Shown here: positions 36,651 to 49,100 of the stretch, piece by piece
Numbering within the stretch: the first letter of the stretch is position 1
Layout of the letters: each line of letters begins with the position of its first letter
NCBI GenBank assembly: GCA_016748015.1
Contig: JAAOMT010000512.1
Location: 840,719 to 904,718 of the forward strand
DNA length: 64,000 bases
DNA from: Geosiphon pyriformis uo1
Taxonomy: Eukaryota > Fungi > Glomeromycota
Direction of reading: 5' to 3'
The notes under the pieces: model-generated
Database searches by the model: none
What the model was told of the DNA's origin: nothing
The model's input: only the letters and a program-made list of their open reading frames with translations
Program-made: the position numbers and the translations under genes

Positions 36651-39600
36651 TGTTACCAACTAAAATTTGAGATATTAATTAACATAAAATTACCCTTATA
36701 ATTCTTATCATTAATTAACATATATTATTGTTTCAAATCATCACTTATTATTCAATCAAATTATTGAATATTACCAATCAATTAATAACCTGATTTGTAT
36801 TATAGAAATTAGGACAATCAAAATTACACAATACCTTAAACCAGTTAATATTCAAAAGTTTGCTGAAATTTGTGTAAATTCACCAAAATAATTGACAGTT
36901 CACCAAAATATTCAATAGTTTATAGAAATAACTTGTAAGTTCACCAAAATGTATCTTTAATTTGTCGAAATCATAGTAAAAAAAATAGTTCAAGTTCACA
37001 GACTAGTACTACAACAAGTTGTATAAAAGAAGAGCTTTTCTCTTTGAGAAAATATATCTTACTTTTTAAATATCTTAATTTGAATTAATTCAATACACAA
37101 AAACGAAATAAATATCAAATAATTCAAAAATCAACTTCTTAATTATTGCACCTGAAAATCCCCCAAAACCCAACTAACATTTTGAAATTGATTAGCTACC
37201 AATTTCAATAAAATGTTAGTGACTCCAGGCCTGGATCGAAAATGATTTCCTTGACAGAATTCAATTTCTTTTACATTTCTTTTATTTTCTTTTATTTTTT
37301 TATCATAATCATTAGGATAACCTACAGACAAGATTCCTGTAGAAGAGTTGACTTTCACAGCAAAGTAACTACACATTTTTAGTAAGCTTCCAGATGAGCA
37401 ATTTTTAGGAAAGAGTTAACATTTACTACAACATAACTACATAAAATAACTGGCAAGGAATTGGCCATTCCACTCATAAGCCCAGCAGTTCAAATTATAG
37501 GAGATAATTTGAAAATAAATTCAGTTACTGGAGGTTCAACCACATCCAGAAAACGTGAATTTACAGCAAATAGGTATTAATAACCATTAAGAAAAGAGAC
37601 CAAAAACCTTTGGTAACATTTGGTGTTCTTCCATAAAAATAACACAGTGACAACAACTTCAAAAGTGGCAACTCAAACAGATTCAAGAATTCTAAAGTCT
37701 TATCAGTCAATCTACACCCACTGCAAACAGAGATTTAACATCCCAGATGGAATTGAATTATTCAAGAAAACACTTTACCAGTACATTGAAAATTGCATCA
37801 ACAATTATTTTCTTGGAGACTATAACATTTCAGAAGTTAAACACAACTTATATGAAAGCTTAGTACATCACTCTTGTCTAAATACTCAGGATTTTAACAG
37901 TCAAACACTTGAAACATACTTCCAAGAACTCAACTTCAATATCATTCAGTATTGTGAAGAGAATTACTTAGTGAAACAGAAATTTTTTCTTAGTTTTGAA
38001 TTGGAAACAGAAGAAGAAAAAGAAAAAAGGAAACAAAAACTCAGAACTACTCCCAATACACCAAAAACCACTGCCAAACATTTACAAACTCCAGAACAAG
38101 AAACCAGCTTTAAATTATCACTCTTAATCACACTATTTTCAGCTTTACTTGCCCAACCGCAAACACCAAGCTCACTACTTATTCGGTTTTCAAGAATAGA
38201 AGATTTTCAGTCATCCAAAAGTCCTATTCAACAACAAGAACCAATATTAACCAGCACAAACCTTATTGACTACTTAGCAGAAAATTGAAGTAAAGAGACC
38301 AAATTAGAACAAAAAACAGAAGACTCAGAAAACGAAGAAAAAATGGCCTCCACATATATCGCAAAAATTCCTGAGTTCACAAAAGAAGACAGTGAAACTA
38401 GTCCTCAAGAATGGCTTGACAAAGTCTCAAAAGCAAGAGATGTAAATGGTTGGAACACTGCCAAAATATTAAAAACAAATCCATACTTCTTACAATAAAT
38501 GGCTGGTAAATGGTTTGAAAACTTAGAAGCCCCACTAGAACACTGGGAAGCATTCAAAACTGCTTTTCTAGAACAGTTTACTAACAATAACACTTCCATT
38601 ATTCTTTGAAATTGGTTCCAAAATATCAAGCAAGAACCAAGTAAATCAGTTATGACCTATCTTGGGAAATTCAACAAACTGCTTAGAAGAATTCGCCAAT
38701 TGGAAACCAATGAATACTACTCCAATGCACAAATCTTAAATCAATTCATTACTGGACTAAAAGACAAACTTATCAAAAAAATTTGCTCACATGTACCAGA
38801 AGATTTAGCCACTGCTATTCAACAAGCGAAAAACTATGAAATAGCCATGGAAAAAGCCAACCATACCAAACTTGTTAACCTGGCTATTGGAGAAACCAGC
38901 TTAGCAGCTGAAAAAAAAATTGACCAATTAACCAAAAAAGTTGAAAACTACTTTACCAATCAACAGCAACAACAGCAGCCACAGCAATTATAACAACCAT
39001 AAAAATACCAAACCCCACAACAATGCAATCAAAACAACTTCAGACTACCATCCAACAACCAAATTCAAAATTGTCATTATTGTAGAATTCCAGAACATTG
39101 GAAACAAGATTGCAGAAAATTACAATGAGACCAACAAAATAAGAGTAATTGATGTTACTCTTAACAATAGCAATCTTATTACCAACTACCACCTACTTAT
39201 TATTCACCAAGACCTCAATACCAAAATAAATATCATCAATCTGCTTTTCAGCCAATTCAACAGCAATATCAACAACCACTTTCACAACTATATCAAGTAT
39301 CTGCCCGAAGATTGGAGCAACAAAACCAATTTTTACTGCAAAATCAGTTCTCAACTAACAATAACAAATTCAACCCAAATAATCAATTGGTTCCCTGAAA
39401 CACAGTTCAACAGAGATCTCATTACTATTACACTCAACCCAGCTACCTCACCATGCCCAAAAAATTGAATTTTCAGCAAACTGCACTTTTTGAAAGTGAA
39501 GCTGTAGCACCAAAACGAAACCCTTCTAATTACACCATTCCACCTGCCAAAATTGCTGAAAATGCCAACCTTTCTGACATATTTCCTTTTGAATTTGAGG

Positions 39601-42600
39601 AAAATGAATCACCATTTTTGCTTAGCAATGCAACAGCCAATGAGCAAAAGGCAATTACAGCTATGTATACCGAAGCAGAAGTAGAAGAAAAACCAATCCA
39701 TTTGATTCTAGATAGTAGATCTGCTGAAAGCATTATTACCTATTAATTAATACAATAGCTTCAACGAACTGTTGACAGGCCTGCCCAAACTGTGATTGTT
39801 ACTGCAGACAGTATGAAGAAAATGCCAGTAGAAGAAATTGATAATTTCTCCTTTACAATTGATGGAATCATCATTTTAGTCAAAGTATTGGTCATGGATA
39901 CACCCTAATACCAAGCTCTTGTCGGAAATGATTGGCTTCTTAAGGCCAATGCAAATTTAAATTGGGAAACTCAGGAATTAAAAATCTCATACCAAAGACA
40001 ATACACCATAGTACCTGCTACTTGTAGTACTTTTAACAAACGATCAAAAAAAGCTCCAGTATTTGAATTTGAAGAGGAGAAAGAAATGTCACTTACTAAA
40101 ACCTACATGGCTTTTGGATCAATATCCAATTGGGCTGAAGAAACAGAACAAGAGATTTTTGAAAAATCAAGAGGATAGAAGAAAGTTAGATATTCTACAC
40201 TAGAACCACAAAAAGAACCACCATACATTCCACTAAAATGCAAAGATTGCAAAAAAAAGTTTTCATCTATGAGAGCCTGTATTTCTCCAGAAAAAAAATA
40301 CAAAACTTGCACCTGCTACTTTTGTAAAGCTTGCCACAGAGAACGATTTGGATACCCTAAACAAAGCAGAAAATGGGACAACACTCCCTGTCTTACATGT
40401 GGAGATATGTTACCAGAAGAATACAACTGGATTGATGTTGCAATAAGAGGAGGAGTATGTGATCAAACCTGTCAATATGCTCTATCAATTTCAAAAAAAG
40501 TGAGAAGAGGAACACCATTTGATGCAGCATACAACAGTGCTCTCAACAAACTATACCATTACCTACATGATGCTGAAATGATTTTTGACTTAGCAATGGC
40601 TTTAATCAATAGAGCCACCCAAAAAAATGTTTACTGTTACTGGAGGTTTTTGGTCTCTTTTCTTGAATGTTGTAACTGTCTGTTGGTTGCAAATTTACGT
40701 TTTCTAGAAGTAGTTGAACCTCCAATAACTGAATTTATCTTCAAATTATCTCCTGTAATTTGAACTACTGGGCTTATAAGTAGAACAGCCAATTCCTTGC
40801 CAGTTACTTTATGTAGTTACATTGTAGTAAACGTCAACTCTTTTTTAGGAATTGTTCATCTAGAAGCTTACTAAAAATGTGTAGTTACTTTGCTGTGAAA
40901 GTCAACTCTTCTACAGGAATCTTGTCTGTAGGCTACCCTAATGATTGTAATAAGAAAAGAAAAGAAAAATAAAAGAAATGTAAAAGAAATAGAATTTTAT
41001 CAAGAGAAACATTTTTTATTCAGGTCTGGAGTCATTAACAGTTTATTGAAATTGGTAGCTAATCAATTTTAAAACGTTAGTTGTGTTGAGAGAATTTTAA
41101 GTGTAATAATTTAAGAACTTGGTTTTCAAATATTTAATTTTTATTTGATTTTATAAAAGATGATTTGTTTCAATTTAAGATATCTGAAGTAAGATACTAT
41201 GGTAAAGTACTATGAGAAGATACATTTTTTTGAAGAGAAAAGCTCTTCTTTTATACAACTTGTTATAGTACTAGTTTATGAACTTGCACTTTTTCTCTTT
41301 GCTCAAATTTCGGCAAACTAAAGATACATTTTGATGAACTACAAATTATTTTGCTGAACTATTAATTAATTTGGATGAACTATTCATAATTTCGGCAAAT
41401 TTTAGAATGTTATAAAGTTCAAAATATTGTGTAATTTGATCATCCTACTTTCTGTTATATTAATTAGATTATTTTAATTGAATTGTGATATGTGATAATT
41501 GATTAAATAATAAATGATAATTTGAAATGATATTAATATACTAATTAATTATAGAAATTATAAGAGTAATTTCATGCTAATTAATAGCTAAAATTCTACT
41601 AGTAATACCACCAAATGAAAGAAGCTGAATACATTGAGTATACCATGGAATTAGCTGGATTTGATTATAAAGATGAAGTAGAAGTCTATCATCAAATCAC
41701 AAGTCACACCTACCTAACCCAAGAAGTTCAAATTCAATGACTAGAGCAAATAAACATTAGACTATGCGAGGAATACATAATCCCTTGTAATAAACAGTGG
41801 TGTTCTGAATGCTATGCCCTTAGTATTCCCCTACCAATCGAAAATGACCAGAACAAAATTGAATTCAGAACCCAAGAGGAAAAAATCCCAGTAATTCCCA
41901 TTTACCTTACCAAAAATCAGTCTGCCATAATACTCAAATATTTTAACAATGAAAGACAGGGAATCAAGCCTGAGAAAGCCCATGAGATTAATGCTAGATA
42001 TGATCTAAGATACTCAGAAAAAGAGACCCTCATTCTTTAACCAAAATCCTTTACAAAAATTAATATAAAAATTGCCTTTGAAATTCCACCAGGAGCAATG
42101 ATACAAATTGCCTCCCGATCCTCCCTGGCAAGCAAAAGAATTAATGTAAAAGGAGGAATTATTGATGCTGAATATACTGGAGACATCACAGTGATGCTTC
42201 AAAATAAAACTGACAAACCATTCAAGATTGAACATGCTGAAAAAATTGTCCAAGCTATTTACCTACTCTTAATCAACATTTTGGGTTTGCAATTAGTCAA
42301 TCAAAGAGAACAATTAGGAAAAAGCAATAAAGGAACCCAAGGTTTTGGTTCAATTGGACAATTCACAGTTCCAGTTAATATAGCTTTTAACACACAGAAC
42401 AAATCTCACCAGATTCTCAGACTTCTACAACCAATTACTGAAAACAACTTCCAAGAAACATTACAAAGAAAAGCTTATACACTTCTTAGCACACTAGAAG
42501 AAAAATGACAAATAGCAGCAACTTACATAGAACACTCACAAATTCAACAAAAAGAGAGGCATGACAACAAGCTGCCACCAGTTACCAACAAATTTAAAGT

Positions 42601-44681
42601 TGGAAATAAAGTTCTCCTACATAGAACTAAAGCTAAAAAACAATGGAGTGGAAAATTGAACATAAATGGGATAAACCATTCTTTATTTACGAAATCTTAG
42701 GAAATGGATCATACAAGTTAAGACTTGATGACAAAATCCTAGCAAAAGTTGCACATGGAGATTGATTGAAACATTATCACTCCAGAACACATCCTGAACC
42801 ATCAATTCCACAGATTGGTACACATTTCTCTTTAGTTAATCCCAAAGATATTCCCCAAAACTTAAAACCAATAGTTGTCATTGAATAACAGCCCAACTTG
42901 AACACTTAATCACTATAGTTTCTCTTATAAAAATTCGGAAACAATTCTACAAAAATAACATAAAAATCTATATACCCAAAAATAATTTCACATAGGAAAA
43001 CTGTTAGTTCTTAAAAATCAGTATAATGACTATTCCACAAAACATTTAACAATTATTCCAGAAACTAATGTCAGCTTTAAAAACAATACCTGAATTATCT
43101 ATTACTATTACAGAAAAACATATTAATTATACTCAAACAAAAATAGCCACAACTTTATCTCCAAAATCATGAAAATATCACTCTTATAAAAAGAACACTA
43201 GAAGTTATTATAGAATTTACTTACCAGAACTTTTGAAGCTTGCTTTGAAAGAAAATTTGTTGTTCTTACCTATTGACATTCCACCAAATGCCACAATTCA
43301 ACAAAAATTTCAACAGTGTCTTAATGAAAAAAACAGTGAATACCCTCCAATTTATAGATATTTTCACATTGAAAAAACACTGCATGAACAAAAACTGGAA
43401 CTTATAACAACCAATCTTACAAAAGAAGCTATTCAGAAACAACTTCATAACGAATTCAAGACAACAGCTGGACCAATAAACAGTTGCTACAAATTTAGAG
43501 CAGCTTTTAGGCTTTATGATCTATTTCACACTTGTGAAAATATCCTACAAAACCCAATTTTACAACCACTGAAGATTCAATATATTGGAAAACTCACAGA
43601 ACTGAAATTTCAACAATTTTCAGACCAAATTTCTTCAGTAATTTTGGATTACTATCTGGAACATATAGATATTACTTGGACTTTGATGGAGCTCAGTCTT
43701 GAGGAGGAGGTTATGTTACCAACCAAAATTTGAGATATTAATTAACATAAAATTACCCTTATAATTCCTATCATTAATTAGCATATATTATTGTTTCAAA
43801 TCATCACTTATTATTCAATCAAATTATCGAATATTACCAATCAATTAATAATTCAATTTGTATTATAGAAATTAGGACAATCAAAATTACACAATACCTC
43901 AAACCAGTTAATATTCAAAAGTTTGCTGAAATTTGTGTAAATTCGCCAAAATAATTAACAGTTCACCAAAATATTCAATAGTTCGTAGAAATAACTTATA
44001 AGTTCACCGAAATATATCTTTAGTTTGTTGAAATCATAGTAAAAAAAATAGTTCAAGTTCACAGACTAGTACTACAACAAGTTGTATAAAAGAAGAGCTT
44101 TTCTCTTTGAGAAAATATATCTTACCTTTTAGATATCTTAATTTGAATCAATTCAATACACAAAAACGAAATAAATATCAAATAATTCAAAAATCAACTT
44201 CTTAATTATTGCATCTGAAAATCCCCCAAAACCCAACTAATGTTTTGAAATTGATTAGTTACCAATTTCAATAAACTGTTAGTGACTCCAGGTCTGAATC
44301 GAAAACGATTTCCTTGACAGAATTCAATTTCTTTTTTATTTTTTTTATTTTCTTTTATTTTCTTATCATAATCATTAAAGTAACCTACAGACAAAATTCC
44401 TGTAGAAGAGTTGACTTTCACAGCAAAGTAACTACACATTTTTAGTGAGCTTTCAGATGAGCAATTCCTGGAAAAGAGTTGATGTTTACTACAATGTAAC
44501 TACATAAAGTAACTGGCAAGAAATTGGCTATTCTACTCATAAGTCCAGCAGTTTAAATTATAAGAGATAATTTAAAGATAAATTCAGTTACTGAAGGTTC
44601 AACCACATCCAGAAAATGTGAATTTACAGCAAACAGGCATCAATAACTATTAAGAAAAGAGACCAAAAACCTCTGGTAACA
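36651..44681 (+). mobile_element. Gypsy element A, internally deleted (no RT, RH or IN core)
   Basis: 968-bp LTRs at 36651-37618 and 43714-44681; TSD CTGG/CCAG; PBS TGGTGTTCTTCC; PPT GAGGAGGAGG. Contains gag with a CCHC knuckle (CHYCRIPEHWKQDC), PR ILDSRS, the Cys-rich module and dUTPase (~41970-42350), joined at ~42432 to the IN C-terminus, then ORF3. Confidence 0.93.
40635..41607 (-). mobile_element. Solo LTR (A-related) inserted antisense into A
   Basis: TGTTAC...TAGTAATA, reverse complement of LTR-A. Flanks TTAC/CCAC; the host frame rejoins as ATQKNV-H/R-QMKEAEY. Confidence 0.88.
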
Positions 44682-46107
44682 CCAGCACCTAAATTTGTTG
44701 GACCCAATTAGCTGTCATCTGCCAAGTCACGTGCCCCAGAAAAACGAAGTTTCGAGCCAGTAAAATTGATCACATTAGATGTTGAGCTATCTGCTGTATC
44801 TGAAAAAACTAATAGTGATAAACTTATTATGATCAAAAAGATTTTTTATCAAATAGATGGTTTTGGGGAGGCTTCTACTCCCTTAAAATTCTCAGGAATT
44901 ATCAGATTTTCATTCACTTCTGAAAGAAGTTTGAAAAAGGCAAGAAATTTGGCTGTCAGTGAGAAAATCTTAGTTAATAATAATGTTAGGTAGGTAAACA
45001 AGCATTTAGATCAGAAAATTGTTGTTAAAGAGATTCCTGTCAATCTTCTCAAATTGGCAGTAGAATCTGTTTTTTCCAAATTCGGCAAAATTGTGTCAAT
45101 TAAAATGCAACTGATTGGCCTATGGCAAAAAGCTTTGGTAGAGTTTGAGTCTTCTGAGATAGCTAATTTGGTCACAGTTGAGTGGTCTGTTCTCATGGGA
45201 AAAGACTCCATTTGTATGGCAAAGGCAGTTAATAACAAACAAATATGAGTATTAAGAAACCAATATTAAGCATTGCTATATACACTATCTGTTAGCACTA
45301 CTGCTCATGATCTTTTTGGCTTATTGGCGTCCTATGGTGAGAAAACTTGTTTTATCAGCCATAATCCGACAACATATGTTTGTGATAGGTGTGCTGTAAT
45401 TTGTTTCAGTAATAAGACATCCAAATTGGCAGCCATTGGTTCTCTGCCTGTTTTTAAAAGTGTGAATTTGTGTTGAACTGGTCTTTTTTTGGCTTGTTGC
45501 ATCAAATGTAAACAATATGATCATATTTCTGATTTCTGTTTATTGGGGGGTCTCTCTGACATTCATGGGAAATGGGTGGTGACTCCTTAAGATTGGGTTC
45601 ACCTGGCCAATATATATAAAAAGAAACAGGCTCTTATCACTTATCTGGTTTCTTTTGGTGGTCTCTCCTGGGTGAAGGTTGTTGGTGGGTCTTCTTTTTC
45701 TCCTCTCTTTAGTCAAAAGATTTTGGCTAATGTTGGCTCCTCTTTGGAAATGAAGTCATCCCTACCAGTTGTGAATGGAATCAATGATAGGTTTGTCATT
45801 TTTGAGTGCAGTTTTGCCAGCCTTACAGAGCAGGTGGACAAGCTGGCTAAGAAGTTGGATGTACTTGGGCCAATAGTTTCCCAGCTGAGTCTTAGGCGTC
45901 AGCCATTGGTAACTTTTTTATCACAGGATTAAGGGGCAGATGTAGTGATGAGTGAGAGTTTGGGTGCATCCACTGGTAGTGTGGCTGTTGCGAGAGCAGT
46001 GTCATTTGATATGTCTTCAGTATCAAAGCTGGAAGACAGGATGAAGTGTTTGATAAAAATGGTTCTGAGGCTTTTAGCCAAAGTGGATAGTCTTGGTGCA
46101 AGTTTGG

Positions 46108-49100
46108 TGTTATGGGATGGTTTTCTTGTTATATTTAATTGTCAATATCCCGTTTTAATTGCAATCAGTCTCTCGTGAGTTCTTCAATTCTATTTGTGTG
46201 ATAATGTCACTGTTATACTAAAGGCTTTCTCTTTAATGTCATGATGTAAGTTATTTTTTAATTCCTAATTGTTATGTGTGTTTTTGTATTCCTTCTCAGA
46301 GGCTGAACTGAAATCTATCTGCTGTCTGGAGTTTTCTTTGAGACTATCCTTGCAATTGCCTGATGTGTTTTTCTAATCTAGAAACATGGAATATTAATGG
46401 TCTTTAGCACTTTTCCTAATTCTCACAATAAAGCTTTTATCAATTAGTAACAATGTAAATAATCTTGATCAGGGATTATTTTTCCAAGAAATTCAACTGA
46501 TGAATGATAGTTTCATTCAATAATTAACACAAGTGAGTTTCTTACTACTTTGGGGTTGTGATAATTCAGTTTTAAATATTCTTTTTCATTTCTTTTTAAT
46601 TTAAAGATTTCTTGGGATATTTAATTTAAAGATATGATTTAAAGTAAAGTTTGTTGGATAAATTGGATTTATTGCTTGATAATTTATGATTTTTATTACT
46701 TGATTTTTTTTCTCAATATTAAAGCTACTGTATATATACATGTTTGTAGTTCTACGAGAAAACACATTGTAATATTTTCTTTTTGATATTTCAATCTGGT
46801 GTTTGCTGCTATTACCAGTTGGTGTTGGCTGCTATTGTAAACTGGTGCTTGCCACTATTGCAAGATGGTGTTTGCTATTATGTTAATCATTACCTTTCTA
46901 AGATTATTACTGTGCTATATTATGATTGAATAGTTTATATTATTTTTATAATTCTTTTGCTAAATTCTTAAACTATAACATTATCCCCTTCTTTTAAGAT
47001 TGAGCTCCGTCGAAATTGAAGTTAATTTCTTCATTAAATTCTAAGTTACTATAGTAGTTCAATACTGTGTTATTAATTTGTTGTTGTAATTCTTGAAATT
47101 GTGAGTTGGTAAGTCGTCCAATACTGTTGGTTGTTATTATGTTTATGGTTGGGTCCAACAATAGTTTGTGACAGTTTTCAAATGCTTTGAAAATTCTGTA
47201 AACTGTTTTTGAATGGAATGTAGTGTTGGTTTTTCCAATAAAAAGTTCTAATAATTGGATAGTTGTTTTGTTAAACACTCTAATTGAGTCTTTTGAGTAT
47301 AATGTTTGTATGTTCAAGTGCTTTCCTAGTTAATAATAACAGTAGTTAATGAGAAATTTTGTTTTTAAGTTGCTAAATGTGTCTGGTGTTAATTTACTTA
47401 TTTCTATTTCTTTTATTATTAATGTATTGCCCAATGCTATCTCTAATTTTTCAATAACTTTGCTGATAAATTTGTTGTTATGTTTAGTAATATTATATGG
47501 TTCAAAATTATGTTCTTTTTTTGTTTTTAGATTTTCTATTGTTCTTTTTATGTATGTTATTTTGGAACTATTAACTGTGATTTTCAGATCGGATTTTAAT
47601 TGTTGTAAGCTTTCAACTGATTGTTGAGTTATATTGTTAATGTTTTCTGGAATAAGTATCATTGTTTTAATTTTGACTGCTATTTTGGAATCTTTTGCAT
47701 GTGTTTTTATGGTTGTTAAATCATTTTTGCTGTGATCTAAGATTAATTATCTTTTTGAATAATGTTCAATTAAAACTATTAGTTCTAAATCTCATGGAAT
47801 TTGTTTTGGTAGAATTAAAGATAATTGTGTTCCAACTTTGGGTGTCTTTGTTGTTATTACTGGTTTACTATAATAGAATTTTAGCTGGTTACCATGTGCT
47901 GCTTTTCTTAATATTTTATCATCTAGTCTTAGCTTGTATGCTCCATTTCCAAGTATTTCGTAAATATAAAATGATCCATCTCACTTGTGATCAAATTTTC
48001 TACTCCATTGTTTTTCCATTTTTGTACGATGCAACAATACTTTATCTCCAATTTTGTAGCTAATTATATTATCTGGTAACTGGTTATCATGTCTCACTTT
48101 TTGTTGTTTTTGTGATTGTTCAATATTTTGTGCTGCTTTTTTTTTTGTTTTCTAAAGTTTCCATTAATTCATATGTTCTTCTAAGTAATGTTTCCTGGAA
48201 TGTTGCTTTAGTGATAGTGTCACTAGGATAAATTGGGATAGTAAGTTCAACTGGTAATGTGGCTTTTCTTCCATAAACTAGTTTAAATGATGTGAATTGT
48301 GTAGTATCTTGTTTTACTGTTCTATATGCTAGTAGTACTGCTAGTATGAACAAATCCCATTTTTTTTTATATTCATTACTAATTTTTGCCAGTGATTCAC
48401 ATAATGTGCAATTAAATCTTTCAACTAATCCATTTGTTTGTGAGTGGTATGATGATGATAGTAGTCACTTGATTCCAAATTTTTGGCTAAGTTCTTTTAA
48501 GGTGCTGTTTATGAAGTGTGTGCCTTAATCTGATAGCAATTCTTGTGGACATCCATGCTGGCAAATTAAGTCTTCATGTACGAATTGAGCTATGAAAATA
48601 GCATCAGCTGTTTTAATAGCTCTAGCTTTTGGCCATTTGGTAAGATAGTCCACAGCTACTGCAATATAATGGTTGTTTCTTGTTGTTATTGGTAAGAGTC
48701 CAACTAAATCAATTCCAATTCTGTCAAATGGCTGTCCAACTTTTATTGGTCTTAATAATTCCGTTGTTTTTGCTCCTCCTCTTTGTTGGCATGGGTCACA
48801 ATTTTTTATGTATTAGATTATGTCTGAACTCATTTTTGGCCAATAGTAATGGCTAGTTGCATGTTGAATGGTTGTTGTTTTTCCAAAGTGGTCTGAATGA
48901 ATATCTGAGTGCATGTTAAATAAGATAGTTTTTTTTTCATCCATAATTATAACTCTTAATGGATTATCTGGATTTTGTTGATTTCAGTAATAAAGTATGT
49001 GATTTTGGATGAAATAGTGTTTTGCTAATTTTTGGAGCTTAATTAGCTCTTTTACTGGCATTTCTTTGTCTATTTGTAGTGTTTCCAAGTATTGGCTGAG

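Noticed and set aside
36855-36975. Repeat-spacer pattern resembling a CRISPR array
   Set aside because: Units are ~13 nt, lie inside LTRs and recur in each LTR copy; eukaryotic context with no cas genes.
46994-47662. ORF3 as a retroviral env
   Set aside because: No signal peptide, TM segment or furin site, and it is too short.
47700-48060. Chromodomain at the IN C-terminus
   Set aside because: Only the GPF/SH3-like motif and a short tail are visible.
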